From NCBI GenBank assembly GCA_016748015.1, contig JAAOMT010000386.1, positions 78,380-131,472 of the forward strand: 53,093 nt of DNA, read 5' to 3'. Origin of the DNA: Geosiphon pyriformis uo1. Its lineage: Eukaryota > Fungi > Glomeromycota. The notes below the pieces were generated by a model that saw nothing but the letters and a program-made list of their open reading frames with translations, was not told the DNA's origin and searched no databases. How positions within the stretch are numbered: position 1 is the stretch's first letter; each line of letters begins with the position of its first letter. Both the position numbers and the translations under genes were made by a program. Positions 1 through 13,700 of the stretch are shown in pieces.

Positions 1-2152
1 AAATATAACCTCACCTTTGAGACAAGTAAATAGGTTTCTTTTAAATACTATTTTTTAAATGGAGGTAATTTTTGATAATTTAAAATATCTAATTTTCCTT
101 CCTTTTTCTTATGATATCGAATGGAAAATTTTCCTCTTGTTTTTGATTTGAAATTAAAATTCATATATATTTAAAAAAGTGCAACTGAAAATACTTTTTG
201 CTCTATCCTGACAAAATTTTGAGTTTTTATTTTTTCAAAATTCGAAGGTTATTTGTAATATCTTTAATTAAAACAATAAATTTTATATTTTCATTACAAT
301 ATTGCACTCGAAAAGAAGAAATTTTCTATTTTATAAATAAACGCAAAATAATTTTTATACATTATATTCTGAGATATGAAAGAAAAAAAATTTCGATTGT
401 ACCTAAAAGGTAATTGCATGGTAGTAATTTTAAATATTTAATTAAGAAATTATTGCAATAATAAATTTTGATCATAAATGATCAAATCATTTTTAAAAAA
501 TTGATAATTATATTATATTTTAAGTAAATATTTTCTTTTTATAATAAAAATTATATGAAAGTTTTTTATTAATATTTATAGTTATGGTCTTTAATAAAAT
601 TGTATAAATAAACAATAAATATCCAAAAAACTTTTATCTTTCATGAAAGTTTTCATGATATAATTTAAAATTTTATATTAAAAATAACATTAATGTTAAA
701 CAAATTTTTATTTGTTTTTATAAAATAAAATATATATTTTTTTAAATTTATTAATAAGCATGATCGAATTACTGTCTAGTATACATAAACAAACTAAATA
801 TCTATAACTAAATGTAATTTATGTATTTACTACATATAAACAGCCACTTAAGCCAGCCAAAACTATATTATGCACTTATATTAACACTAACACAATTATT
901 TAAATAAAAAAAACAAGTATTTATTGTATAAACCAAGACTGACTGCAAAACTTCAATAATAATTAAAAAACAAACTATTTTGTTAAACAAATTGCTAATC
1001 AAACAATGTAATTTATAAAGCTGGAAGAAGAGTTATAACAAATTAAAAAACTCAGCTCTCTCATAAATACTAGTCATTGATATAGCCTTGATTAATTTTT
1101 TAACAAATATAACTCAAGTCATATATATATTTTTATTGTTTTTTGTGAAATGATTTGAATGGTAAATAATAAAAACTTTCTAAGAATTTACAAAGTTGCT
1201 GGTTTTGTATATTGTTTCTCTATATTTTAAATAAACCATTGGATGAAAAAAAAGACTCTCATTGTGTATTTTAGAAATACATTTTTAGACATTTATCAAA
1301 GTTGGTTACAATTTTCGATTCAAGGATTTCAATTTTCTATTATTTTTAAAAAAATTTTATAGATTTTAATAGCAAAAACAAAAAACTTGCTGAATAAAAA
1401 AAAATCATAAATAAAAAAAAATAAATATGATATATTATAACATAAAAATTACAAAATTGGCAAATGGGCTAATTACTCCAAAGTTTTTTTAAAAATAATT
1501 TTTTTTGATGTGCAGATTTTTAAGACCAAAAGTAGTAAAACCTGTTTATAGTCTTGATAAAAATTTAGTTTAAGCGTTATACATGTAATGATAATAAAAA
1601 CTAAAATTTTGGCTGTTAAGATATTTAAAGAGGCATTGATAAAGTATGGATTAACATATTAATTCACCTCCAGATAAGAATCAGATGTGTGTCAAATAAC
1701 ATAAATATTGATATGTGGGAAAAAATCATAAAATAAGACTTCTAACAACACTTTTAAGCTTTATTCAATTATTTTGAGAATTTATTTAACACTTAGAAGT
1801 TTTTTGATGTTAAATTTTAGTTGGTGAAGTGCCCAATCCTAGAACTTTTTAAGTTCATTTGCAAATTTTAGCAGCAAGATCACTTTATTTTGTTATAACA
1901 CTCTCTAACAATTGGATTAAAAAGGAAAACGATGCCATTATTTTTGCTAAACCTAATATTTCTCCTAATATTTTCGAGATAATTCTCAGGTAAGAGTTTT
2001 CATTTGCTTTAAAGTATTTTGGCTAACATAAATTCATATGTTTTATTTTTTTGCACAGAATATTTATAATGGCAAGATTTCTTTTAATAAACATAAAGTA
2101 TTTACTCTTTTAGAATTGCTTGTTATTGTTGATGAGCTTATTTTAGAGAATA

Positions 2153-3458
2153 CAGTCCTCCCAAAAAGTAATAGCTGAGTATTTTTTTTATTTTTATTTT
2201 TTTTATACATAATAATTTCTGTTTAAATTTTAATATTTAATAGATATATAAGTAAAGAATATATATGCAAAAAATTAATATTTAGTATTTCCTACTTTTA
2301 CACTAATACAATCGTGAATTTGATTTTGCATACTAGTAATACAGTTAAAAATGATCTCATTAGACAGATTATTTTATTTTTCTTTTACTATTATAATAAA
2401 AATTGCTTGAGAGATATTTTTTGTGTACTATTATTGCTTTGACTTTTTTTTCAATATTTCGTTTAAGAATAGCCCAAATATTCTCAATTGGATTAAGATC
2501 TGGACTATATGATAGCCAAGACAAAACCCGATTTGGCAGTTGCATCTTAAGATCTGCACGAACATCTTTTGAAGTATGCTTTGGATTGTTATCATGCTAA
2601 AAATTCTAACTTTGTTGTCCATATATGCTAGTTATATTGTAATATAAATTCTAATTGATAAAGATATCAGTCCATATTTTCTGTAAAGATGCATATTTCA
2701 ACTTTTTCATATGCACAATTTGCTTCCCACATATCAAGTTTAAATGGATGTTTTACCATTGGTACAATAGATTTACCTGAATAAAACCAAGCCAAACAAG
2801 TATTTTGAAAAATTTGTAAAGTTGTTTCATTTAAAAATACTACTTTGCATTAATTATGATTAGTATGTTCTTGAGCCCATACTAATCAGTTTTGTTTGGT
2901 TTGTTCAGTGAGTAGAAGTACATGTCTTGGTAAAACAGCTGTATAACCAAGCCTAGAAAGTTTATTGCAAATAGTCTGTTTGCTTATTTCAATCTCAGAA
3001 TATGTTTTTGCAAGTTGTGTCTTAATTTCAATTGCTGTAGTAAAGTAATTTCGATTTATGATTTTTCTAATCTGGTACTGCATTTTTAGTAAAGTTTTTT
3101 GTAAATGATCTGAACAATGGATTGCTTGAAATTGACTATTTTTATGAAGTTGTTTTATATATTGTTTACAAGAGCAAAGAGAAACATTATTTTTTCGAGA
3201 TATTTCAATTGGACTTCAATAATCTTGTTGCCAAAATTTTTTAACAACTTCATAATTAAATTTTACAGGATTATATTTCATTACAAAAAATAAAATATAT
3301 TATTGATCAAAACAATTTTGTTTTAAAAAATAAAAATAGTAGCATGGAATGTATGTGCATATAAATTATTACTTGAAATGTTTCAAAAATAGCTGATTGA
3401 ACCATAATAAGCATTATACACCATAAGAGTTATCTTACCATTATTTTCAGAGGTATTG
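2153..3458 (-). mobile_element. Tc1/mariner-superfamily DNA transposon, degenerate
   Basis: Flanked by TA at 2151-2152 and 3459-3460. Imperfect TIRs CAGTCCTCCCAAAAAGTAAT / ATTATTTTCAGAGGTATTG. Removing the element and one TA restores the host frame (ILENIINYLEDY). Confidence 0.85.
2400..3280 (-). pseudogene. Tc1-like DDE transposase remnant (DD35E spacing)
   Basis: HTH-like ORF 2886-3083 (TAIEIKTQL..ISKQTICNKLSRLGY), then WAQEHTNHN*CKVVFLNET (degenerate first D) and HDNNPKHTSK...SWLSYSPDLNPIENIWAILK at ~2460-2597. Confidence 0.88.
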
Positions 3459-6400
3459 TATTATTAATTACCTTGAAGACTATTTGATTGAACACCATGC
3501 GGAAAAGCTAGAAAAAAATTTCACCATATTGCAAAGAACTGCATTTAAGCATGATTCTTTCAAAAAGTTACAAAATTTCTGCACCAAAATAGCTGCTAAA
3601 AATCCAGTTATAGTTTTTAACTTAAAAGAATTCATCTTACTTGGTGGAAATGTTCTTTCCTTAATTTTAATCCAAAATGATCTAAATATAGAAAAATCTG
3701 AAATATGACAAAAAATTGTAGAATAAGGAGTTGCTAAATTAGAGAACAATATTCAAACAAAGAATGTTTTTTACTGGACAGATGAAAATTTTAACATCTT
3801 TAAAGAATCTATTGAGAACTTTTACTTTTAATCTGGTTTTTTAACATATTGTCAGTTGATTTCTATCACAAAGTAAAACCATTTGTGAGAATCTTATTTG
3901 GAACTTTATATGAAAATCTTTTACATCATTATCTTGTACTAGATAGTCATCAAAAGTCTGTAGATGCTCAGCCATTATAATTAAACCTTAATTTAAAGCT
4001 TTTTCAATTGCATAATATAAAACAACTTGATCATTGAATTGAAGACAAAGATGAAAATACTCTTTTTGAAAATCAACTTAGAAATGATTTCCAATTGTTA
4101 CTTTGAGGCAGTCGAGACAGATTCACTCCAGCTGATTTTCATTGATTATGTAATGATAAAGGAGCAACAGTAGGCATAATAAAAGTAAAAGGAACTAATC
4201 AGGTAATCGACAGCTATAATCCACAATTGTAATACTCTAAGAATAAATGGTTGGAGGGAAAAAAAAAGCTTTATTTTTTCTCTTGGAGATGGCAAAGCTG
4301 AAAATGATAAACTTAGCAAATTTATTGGAGGATATGGACCTTATGGTGGGCCAAATCATGAACCCTATTTTGGAATTAGTGATTTGTTTTTGTATGGCAA
4401 TGACTTAAAAAGTAGTCTAATGGGCTATTGTCAAATGACAACAGATTATGATCTTGTTATAATGTCTTGATCAGAAAATCAAAAAGTGAATTTTCTTTGG
4501 AGGAGTATGAAGTTTTTCAAATTGTAAAAAGATAAATTCACTTTTATTTAATTTGATCATACATAATCTGAAGACTCTGTTACCTATTTAAAAATTTTTC
4601 ACTGGGAATATATTCTATCACCTACTATTTTAAGCTTTACAATAAAATTAAAAGAATAATATTTCCTATTTTAAACATCAAAAAATTATAAGTTGTTTAA
4701 TAAAAAGTGATTTTTGAAATTGATGGTTTTATCATAGGCTAATATGATAAAACGCTTTTTAACAGAATAGCATTAAAAATATAACTTTTAAATATTTGTA
4801 TTTTCTCGCTAATTAAAAATATAAACTTTTGAATGGTGTTTTTAATATTTACTGTGCAATAATATAAAAAATATTTTGAATATAGAAGCTTTGAGAGATT
4901 CGGAAAAAGTAAAAGTTTTCAAACAAATATAATCGCAGGTTTAAAGTAGTAACTCTTTAATAATACAGATTTTTATTAAAAATTCGATTATTTTCTCCTT
5001 AAATATTTAAAAAATTGTAAAAAATTGTTTTTTTTATTGACCCTAATTGGAATTCAGATTATTTAAAAGAAATTAAATTGAAAATACTTATCAAATATTA
5101 GTAGCATTATATTTTTTGCTTTAATCTCATTTTTGCATTTTAGATTATAAATTTCTTGAATCAAATTTAATTCATGAAAAGTGGTTAATGTGATATTAAC
5201 TATGATATCAATTCCGAATCAATGTAAAAAAACAAATGTAAAACTATTACATTAAATAAAAAAAGTTAATAAATATTCAATTTATTTAAAACTATAAATA
5301 ATAAATATCAGCAAAAATATAGCTCTTAATATTGTTGCAATTATAGTAATTTCTATTATATTCTTTCTAAAGATTTGCCTACGTTATAAAAAGTATTATA
5401 TGACATACAATTTATTAGAAATTAAATGTTGAAAATTTATTTATTTTTATTCACGTTTAACTTGAATCCTGAAAGCCTCATATAAAAAACCTGTATTTGA
5501 ATGAATGCTAATGGGAGTGAACCATTTATTTTTTAAAAAGAATGTAAAGTCATAAACACTCTTGGCCTGATAAGATTCTTTTTCAACTAGAATGATTAAA
5601 TTAATTGATCTTTAAGTGTCTCAAAAAAATTACTTTTCAATAAAATTCAAGGTTCCATTTTTGATGCAGATATAAAGTCCAATTAATGTGACTTAAAATC
5701 AGCAACAATCATTATGTATTTTAGTTAGCAGTTTTCTAATAGAAAATAAACATATAAATCTTTTTACTTGAATGTTTGTTTACTCGTTGTCATGATTCTA
5801 AAGAATTCAAACAAAATAAATAAATAAATAAATAATCTTTTAATAAATTTCCCCAGCAATTAAAAAAGTTAATAAAAAATGCTTTAAATTGGCAAATATT
5901 TCTTAATATTGTACATCCATCACAAAATTATTATCGAGAATTATCTTTATCTGGTACTAGATAAAAAATATGAAACAAGCATTGAAGAAAGCTGAATATG
6001 AGTGTGACAACTGCATAGAAAAGTTTATGAAGAGTGAAAAGGCAGGTAGATTAGAAGAGTTGAAGAAAGAGCTGAGAGAAGAGAAAAATGTAACCAGAGA
6101 CAAAAGAAGAGCTGGAAGAAAAAACAAAGTAGACAAGAATGAATAGAAAGTGCAGGTGCAAAAATTACAAGATGTGTCAATAGAAATAATCAAGACAGAT
6201 AATAAATTCATTATTTGGAATATAAAGTAGAGCTTAAAGATTTTATATATTTACTTTTCTATTTATACTATCTATATTAACAATTACATAAATGTGTTTA
6301 ACTAAAAATATTACATAAATCACAACTATTTTATAATAATATTTTATTAAACTTACTTTATCATAATTTTGAAATATTGTTTCGATAATTCGAAAGAGCT

Positions 6401-9400
6401 TTGCTTTTTTTTATAATTTTAAAAATTTTATCAAATTTAAGATTTTAAATTATATATTGAAAAATTTAATTAACTTAAGATGTTTATTCTTTCTTAACAG
6501 TCTTATTATTCTCAAATCAAATTAACTTCCAATAGTTTTATAGGTACTGCTAAAATTTAAATAATATTAACTATGGTAGAACTAAGTAGAGTAAAAATTA
6601 TGAAATCAAATTTGAATAAATAAAGGATAGATTTTCAGAATGTATTTCGAGTTGCATTTTTGCAAGCCTAAAATAATGTAATTCTGAGTATTCACCAAAT
6701 AGTTCGAATTTTGGGTTTTGATTTCTATAGTTATGTTATTTAGTAGATATTTATTTACAAATTGAGGCAAAGACTCTTGAAACTTCGAAAATTCTATATA
6801 ATCTATAATTATTCTGGAATTAATATTAATGTTTATATATTGATAAAATTTTTTATTACAAAGCAGTTTTTGAATAAAAAATAATATATTTTATCAATTC
6901 ACTAAAATCCAAGATAAACTTTCTGTTATGGGAATTATATAAAATTTGGTATTAAAACTATTATTAATATTAAAAGAAGCAATCAAAGTATCAATTAAAA
7001 ATAGAACTAATACAATTAATAACAATAAGCATAGTTAACTTTTGAGCTTCAGATGATTGCTGCCAATATAAACAATATAAATAAGGTAATAAAATGAAGT
7101 AGTGTCTATTTTTTAGTGTCTCAAATTTCTTGAAAGTTAGCTTTTTCAGAAATGTGATTTAACAAAATTATGAGTTGAAATTTTTAACAAAATGAAATCG
7201 TTAAATATTTTTCTTTATTCATATAAACCTTCATAGTTTGATAATCCATCTGTAATTTTTTGAAAATCATGTCTTCAACTACATTAATTGAAAATGCAAC
7301 TTTACTTCTCGACTTGCTTGATATATTGTTAATAATTTGGGCATTTTTCTACTTAGCAAATAATTAAAAGTTGTTAACTTGGTGAAAAAATATTTTGAAT
7401 GCAATAGAAAAAATCCTAAAAACTTATTTATTTGGTTGAAAATTCAAAATTCAAAATGTTCAATAGACTATATCATGCTTGGCTTTCTTTAGAACATGAG
7501 CAGTACATAAAAATTTACATTCTAGAAGTATTCTTGTTTCGAAACAACTCTTTTTTAAAAGTTGTCATTTTCAATCTTGAATTTTGTTATCCTGTTAATT
7601 ATATTTCATAGTCTGGCAAAATATATAGCATACTTAAATATCTTGTACTTAAAATTTGCAAAAAAGTTTACATACTAAGAATAAAATATATAAAATTTTG
7701 TTATCATTTTTTGGAAAATTATTTTAGAAGAAAAATCTTTAAATAATACACATCCTATTTATGTATAATTTAATATGATTAATGGAAAGTGTTTTATAAT
7801 CAAACATATATACCTTAATATAATTGTGAAATAATTCAAAAAAGTTGTCAATATAATTTATTTTGTCATAATAATACAGAAGAACTTCAAAAAACCATTA
7901 TAACTGTTCTTAATAATTTGTAACTTAAATTAATCTAACCATAAAAAAAGTTTTAATTTTAAAAAAACACAAGTCAATTAATCTCAAAACTTGAATTTTC
8001 TACAAGAGATATATCTTTTAATTTATTAATTTAATATTTGACAAACTTTTTTGGTTAATCATCACTTTAGAAATTGATTAATTAGCAATAATGAATTAAT
8101 ATATGACATATATACAATTAATAAATTCAAGTTCTGATTAAATTAATAGCTATTTTAATAATATTATTAAACTTAAAGCAAAGAAGAAATCAATTTTTTA
8201 ATTATGGTTAAAAATATGTTATAGCCTATAACATATAGTTTCTTTTTATATCTATTTTAAAAGAAGTTTACCTTTATTTTAAGTATAAACATAAATAACT
8301 GTAAAGCATTTTCTTATTAATTTTTAAAATAGGGTTATATTTTGAAAGTCTAAATAAATACTAAAAGTTAAATAAATCTAAAGCAGTTATTTTTTTTAAT
8401 ATAAAACATGATATAATGAAACCAAAAAAAGTAAACATGTGATTTTTAAAACTATTTTTCATATATTAATAATAAATTTTATGTTCAAAATTTAAACACA
8501 AGATATTGTCTATCTCAAAAGCACTATATATTATTACTATAAATTTTATATGCAAATACTTAGTCTTATAGATTTGCTGTAATATTTCAAAGTAATTATT
8601 ATATTCAATTTTTATCAATACAAAAATAATTAATGAGTGATGAAAAACTATTAATAATTAAGATTTCTGTTATATATAAATAAAAAAATTATAGATGTTA
8701 ATAATATATCTTTTTTTAAATTAGATTAGAAATAAAATATTTTACTATTTTAATTAAAACTTTTTTCAAAATTGGGTTTAAAAATAGCAATAAAACAAGT
8801 AATAATAAGACAATAAACGATTATTTCTAAGGATAATATTCTTAATAGTGTATTTTTAATCAAATAGAAATATAATTAATTTTTATTGGTTTCTAATTAG
8901 AAAAATAACTAAACAACTATTTTTTGTTAACCATTTTTAAGAAATCAACAAATTATTTAAGGATTAAATATAATCAAGTACATTATTTTGAATGAATTTC
9001 ATAAATAAAAGCATAAAAAAAATAATGATAAAAACATAATAAAAGTAAAAAGTAAAAGCATAGAAACCAAAACAAGTTTTTTAAGAAAAAAAAAATCTAA
9101 TATTAATGAATTAAAATTCGTGTTTTTTAATCAAATAATTATTTAAAAGTTTTTTTTACTTTTAAAAAATTTTAAGTAAGATGTTTAAGACTAATTTTTT
9201 TGGCTAAATTGCATGAGAATTAAATATGTTTAAGGCTTTTTTAAATTTTTTATTTCTTTTTCAATTATTAATCATTTTAAGAACTTTTAATTTAAGTCTT
9301 AAGATTCTTATACAAAGAAAAAATTATCAGTTATATTGGCCAAAAAAAAATTTGTACAAGACTTCTTAAATAAAAAACTTTGTTTATATTAAGAATAAAC

Positions 9401-10739
9401 AAAATTATGCATTAAAAAACTTTTTATTACAACATAAACAAGAAAGCATGAAAAGCATTTTGCATAAAAACATGAAATAAATGTTTTTAATATATTGCAT
9501 TTTTTTCAAAATGATCAATAAATTTTAGTTAAATATACAATTTTTTGGATATTATAATAAATAATTTCAATTTTATAAATACTAAAATAAATATTTAACT
9601 CTAAAATAAGAAAATAAAAAATATTTTAAGTCTTCTAAAAATTATAATTGGTATAAATTGCTAATATATTTAATATATATACACAAATTGCCTATAATTT
9701 AAAATATAATAAGAATTAATTAACATTAGAATTTTTTAAAAACAAATTTTAAATCTAATTTTATCTTAAAAGTATAAAATTAATGTTTAATAGAGTATTA
9801 AAACAATTTTATTAAGACTAATAATACTATACTGTTTGAAAACTTTTGCTTTATTTATGTAAAAACTTTGCAATTTTATAATATAATACTAAATAATATA
9901 TATATTTTAAAATTAAAATATACTATGTAATAACAAATAAATTACTTTAAACATAATTACTATATAAATAATATAAGATAAATTAATCTATTAAATATAT
10001 TTTATTTAACTAATATATCAAATATATAAAAAACTTTTTTTGTATAATAAAATATAATTAAAGATTAATAAGCATTATAAAATTTAGATATAAAAATAAG
10101 CTATAATATTATTTATTATATATAAATAACATTAAAAATTTAAAAAATCAAAATACAAATATAAAATATTCTCAATAAATTAATTTATTATTAGCAAGTA
10201 AAATTAACAATATTAATAAATAATATATATACAAATAAAAATCAAATTTTTAATATTTTTAATATTTTTAAAAACTATTAAAATACAAAAAATTAATAGT
10301 TTTGCTTTAATTAATCCATTTTTTAAATATTGTAAAATGTTTTTAATAGTAAAATACCAAAAAATACAAAATATTATTACATATTAAAAGATTTATAATA
10401 AAAATTAAGAAATATTAAATTTAACAGAAAATTTTTCTTAGTAAAAATTTGTAAAATAAAGTGCACAAGCATTAAAAATACATAATTAAATTAAACTACA
10501 TTTGATCTTTTTATAATTTGAAAACTTTAGAAAAAAATACTTATTGATTTTTTAATTTGGGCATTATAGCATATTTATAATTTGTTGTCTTATAACAATA
10601 AAACCTTAAACTTTTTTTAAAATCATTGTTATTTATATTCATACTGCTTATTCCAAACTAGAGTTTAGTTGTTAACTTATTAAAAGTTCTATATAAGTCA
10701 ACAAATTTATTAAGTTTTGAGATTTTTGCTTTGCCATTT

Positions 10740-13700
10740 CTAAGAGAACTATTTTTGCTTAGCAATATAGTTATTATGAAATAAAAAGCAATTACTGCTA
10801 TGTATATAAAAACAAAAATTAAAAAAAAACTAATTTGGTTAATTTTAGACAATAAATCTATTAGAAGTATTATTATATACCAATTAATACAGCAGCTTAA
10901 CCAAAATATAAATAAATTTGTTCAAATAATTATTATTACAATTAATAATATAAAAAAAACTCCAGTTAGAAAAATTAACAAATTTCTATTTATTATTAAT
11001 AGAATCACTATTTCAATTAAAGTTTTTGTCATAAATACATTTCAATATTAAGCTTTTATTAAAAACAATTGACTCTTTAAAGCCAATGCAAATTTAGATT
11101 AAAAAACCCAAAAACTTAAAATTTTATACTAAGAACAATATACCAGAGTACCTGTTACTTGTAATATTTTTAACAAATAATTAAAAAAACTCCTGTGTTC
11201 GAATTTAAAAAGAAAAAGAAATACCAATTACTAAAACCTATATGGCTCTTAAATCAGCATCTAATTAGACTAAAAAAAACAGAATAAAACTTTTTTAAAA
11301 AGACCAAAAGATAGAATATTGTTTATTATTCTAAACTAAAGCCATAAAAGTAGCCACTATATATTCTACTTAAATACAAAAATTACAAAAAAAAACTTTC
11401 ATCTATAAAAACTTATATAATATTAAAAAAAGAATATGAGATGTACACTTGCTACTATTGTAAAACTTGCTATTGGAAACGATTTGAATACTTTAAACAA
11501 AGTGGAAAATAGGACAATACTTCTTGTTTTACATGTAAAAAATGCTATCAAAAAATACAACTGGATTAATATTATAATAAAAAAAGAGTTTGTGATTAAA
11601 TCTGCTAATATATACTTTCAATTGCTGAAAAAATAAAAAAAAAACCTTATTTAATACTGCTTATAATAGCATTTTTAATAAACTTTACTATTACTCACAT
11701 GATATTGAAATAGTCTATAAACTGGTTATAATTCTAATTAATAAAAAAACCCAAAAAGATGTTTATTAGATAAAATAAGCTAAATATATTAAATATACAT
11801 TTAAAATCACTGAATACAACTACAAAAAAGTTGAAACCTACTACAAAATCGCAAATTACACTTACTTAATTAAAGAAGCTCAAATTTATTAATTAAAGCA
11901 AATAAATATTCAACTATATAAAACATGTATTATGTCTTGTAACAATTAATAATGTTCAAAATGCTATGCTCTTAGCACTTTTTTGCTCAATAAAAGTAAT
12001 GAACATGAAATTAAATTTAGAGAACCTGAACTAGAAAAAAAAATTACAATCATATTAATCTATTTATTCAAAAATCAGTCTACTATACAATCCAAATACT
12101 TTGACAATAATGATCAAAGAATTAAGCCAAAAAAGCCTACAAAATAAATGTTAGATATAATTTATAATATCCAGACAAAAATACTCTAATTTTCTAATTT
12201 AAGTCTCTAATAAAAATTAATCTTAGAATTGTTTTTAAAATACTACCAGAAGCAATAATTTAAATTACTTTTTGATTATTATTGGCAAATAAAAAAATCA
12301 ATGTTTAGGGAGAAATTATTAATACAGAATATATTAAAAATATTACAATTATGTTACAAAACAAAATTAATAAACTATTCAAGATTAAACATACTAAAAA
12401 AATTAATCAATCAAAAAAAACAATTAAGCAAAAATGATAAATGAATTCAAGATTTTAGTTTAATTGGATGATTTACAATTCCAGTAAATATAGCTTTTAA
12501 TATACAAAATAAATTTCATCAGATTCTTTAACTTTTATAAATAATTATTATTTCATTTTTTGGAGAATATTATAAAATTTACATCTGCCCAAAACTTATT
12601 ATTACACAGCAAATTTTTGAATTAAACAAACAAATTTGTACAAAACATAAAATCTTAATTTTAAATGTCTATATTTTAAAAAGAATAAAAAAATTCTGAG
12701 TTACTTTTTATAATTCTAGTAAATATTTTATTATTTTATTAAATAGATTAGAAATTGGAATGATATATAACAATATTTTCTAAAATAAAATCTCTTGTTT
12801 TTAATTTTATTGAAATTATAAAATATATACTACTCTTAAACTTAAACATCATTTCAAGTACTGAAAATTACTATATTATAGAAAAAAAACTTTCTCAAAT
12901 CAACATAAGTTTCTTAAAATCTCAACAACAAAGACAATTAAAACAGTTAATTATTAAATATGCTAATATATTTGCCAAAAACAACAATTATTTTGAAAAA
13001 ATAAACATTGTATAACATCAAATTCACACAAAAGATATTTCATTAAAATACCAACAAATCTATTAAGTTTTATCTGCCAGCCACTAATTCATTAGAAAAA
13101 AAGTACAATAGATGTTTAACAATAATCTTATATAATTATCAATAAGTTTTTGAATCTTCTTAGTAGTTTTTGTTAAAAAAATGGTAAGATCAGATTCTGT
13201 ATAAATTATTAACAATTTAATAGTATAACAAGTGAAAATGCATATTTTCTTCTAAGAATTAACAATATATTAGAAAAAACAAAGTTTTTCTTAACTTTAA
13301 ACTTAGAAAGTAGATACTGACAAATTGAAATAAATTTCAAGAACTGTTTCAAAACAGCATTTATTACACAAAAAGAAAATTACAAGTTCAATATTATGTC
13401 ATTTAATTTATCTAAAAAAGTTTTTTAATAATTATGAAAAGCAGAATTAAAATTGAACATTAAAAAATGTTATTTTAGGAAAATAAATTTGATTTTCTCT
13501 GGATATATTGTTATCAAAAATAAAATTTAATCTAATTCAGAAATAATTAGTGCTGTCAAAAACTTTCAAATCTCATAAAATACTATAGAACTAGGAGGAT
13601 TTTTAAAATTAATCTTTTATTACTAAAAATTTATCAAAAAAATTTTTAAAATTACCAAACTACTTAACTATTTGATCAATAAAAATATTAAATACTAATA

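Larger units (their letters stand above)
1728..4535 (+). pseudogene. BTB/POZ-BACK-TLDc domain protein pseudogene (family expanded in Glomeromycota), interrupted by a Tc1-like element
   Basis: Manual translation gives a BTB stretch (ILVGEVPNPRTF*VHLQILAARSLYF..LSNNWIKKENDAIIFAKPNISPNIFEIIL), an intron at 1990-2058 (GTAAG..TTGCACAG), then IYNGKISF..LLELLVIVDELILE. After the insertion come BACK (YLEDYLIEHHAEKLEKNF..FKKLQNFC..LNIEKSEI*QKIVE*G) and TLDc (FQLLL*GSRDRFTPADFH*LCNDKGATVGIIKVKGT..SFIFSLG..EEYEVFQIVKR*). Multiple stops and frameshifts. The start is approximate. Confidence 0.88.

Noticed and set aside
198-413. Short ORF in the AT-rich leader, and similar antisense ORFs across the TEs
   Set aside because: Chance ORFs or antisense shadows of TE coding regions.
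5960-6215. Purine-rich, coiled-coil-like short ORF (MKQALKKAEYEC..) and its antisense ORF
   Set aside because: Short and low-complexity with no recognisable motif; cannot be supported as a gene.
9300-9650. Possible homology with 50300-50700
   Set aside because: The similarity cannot be distinguished from AT-rich low complexity by eye.
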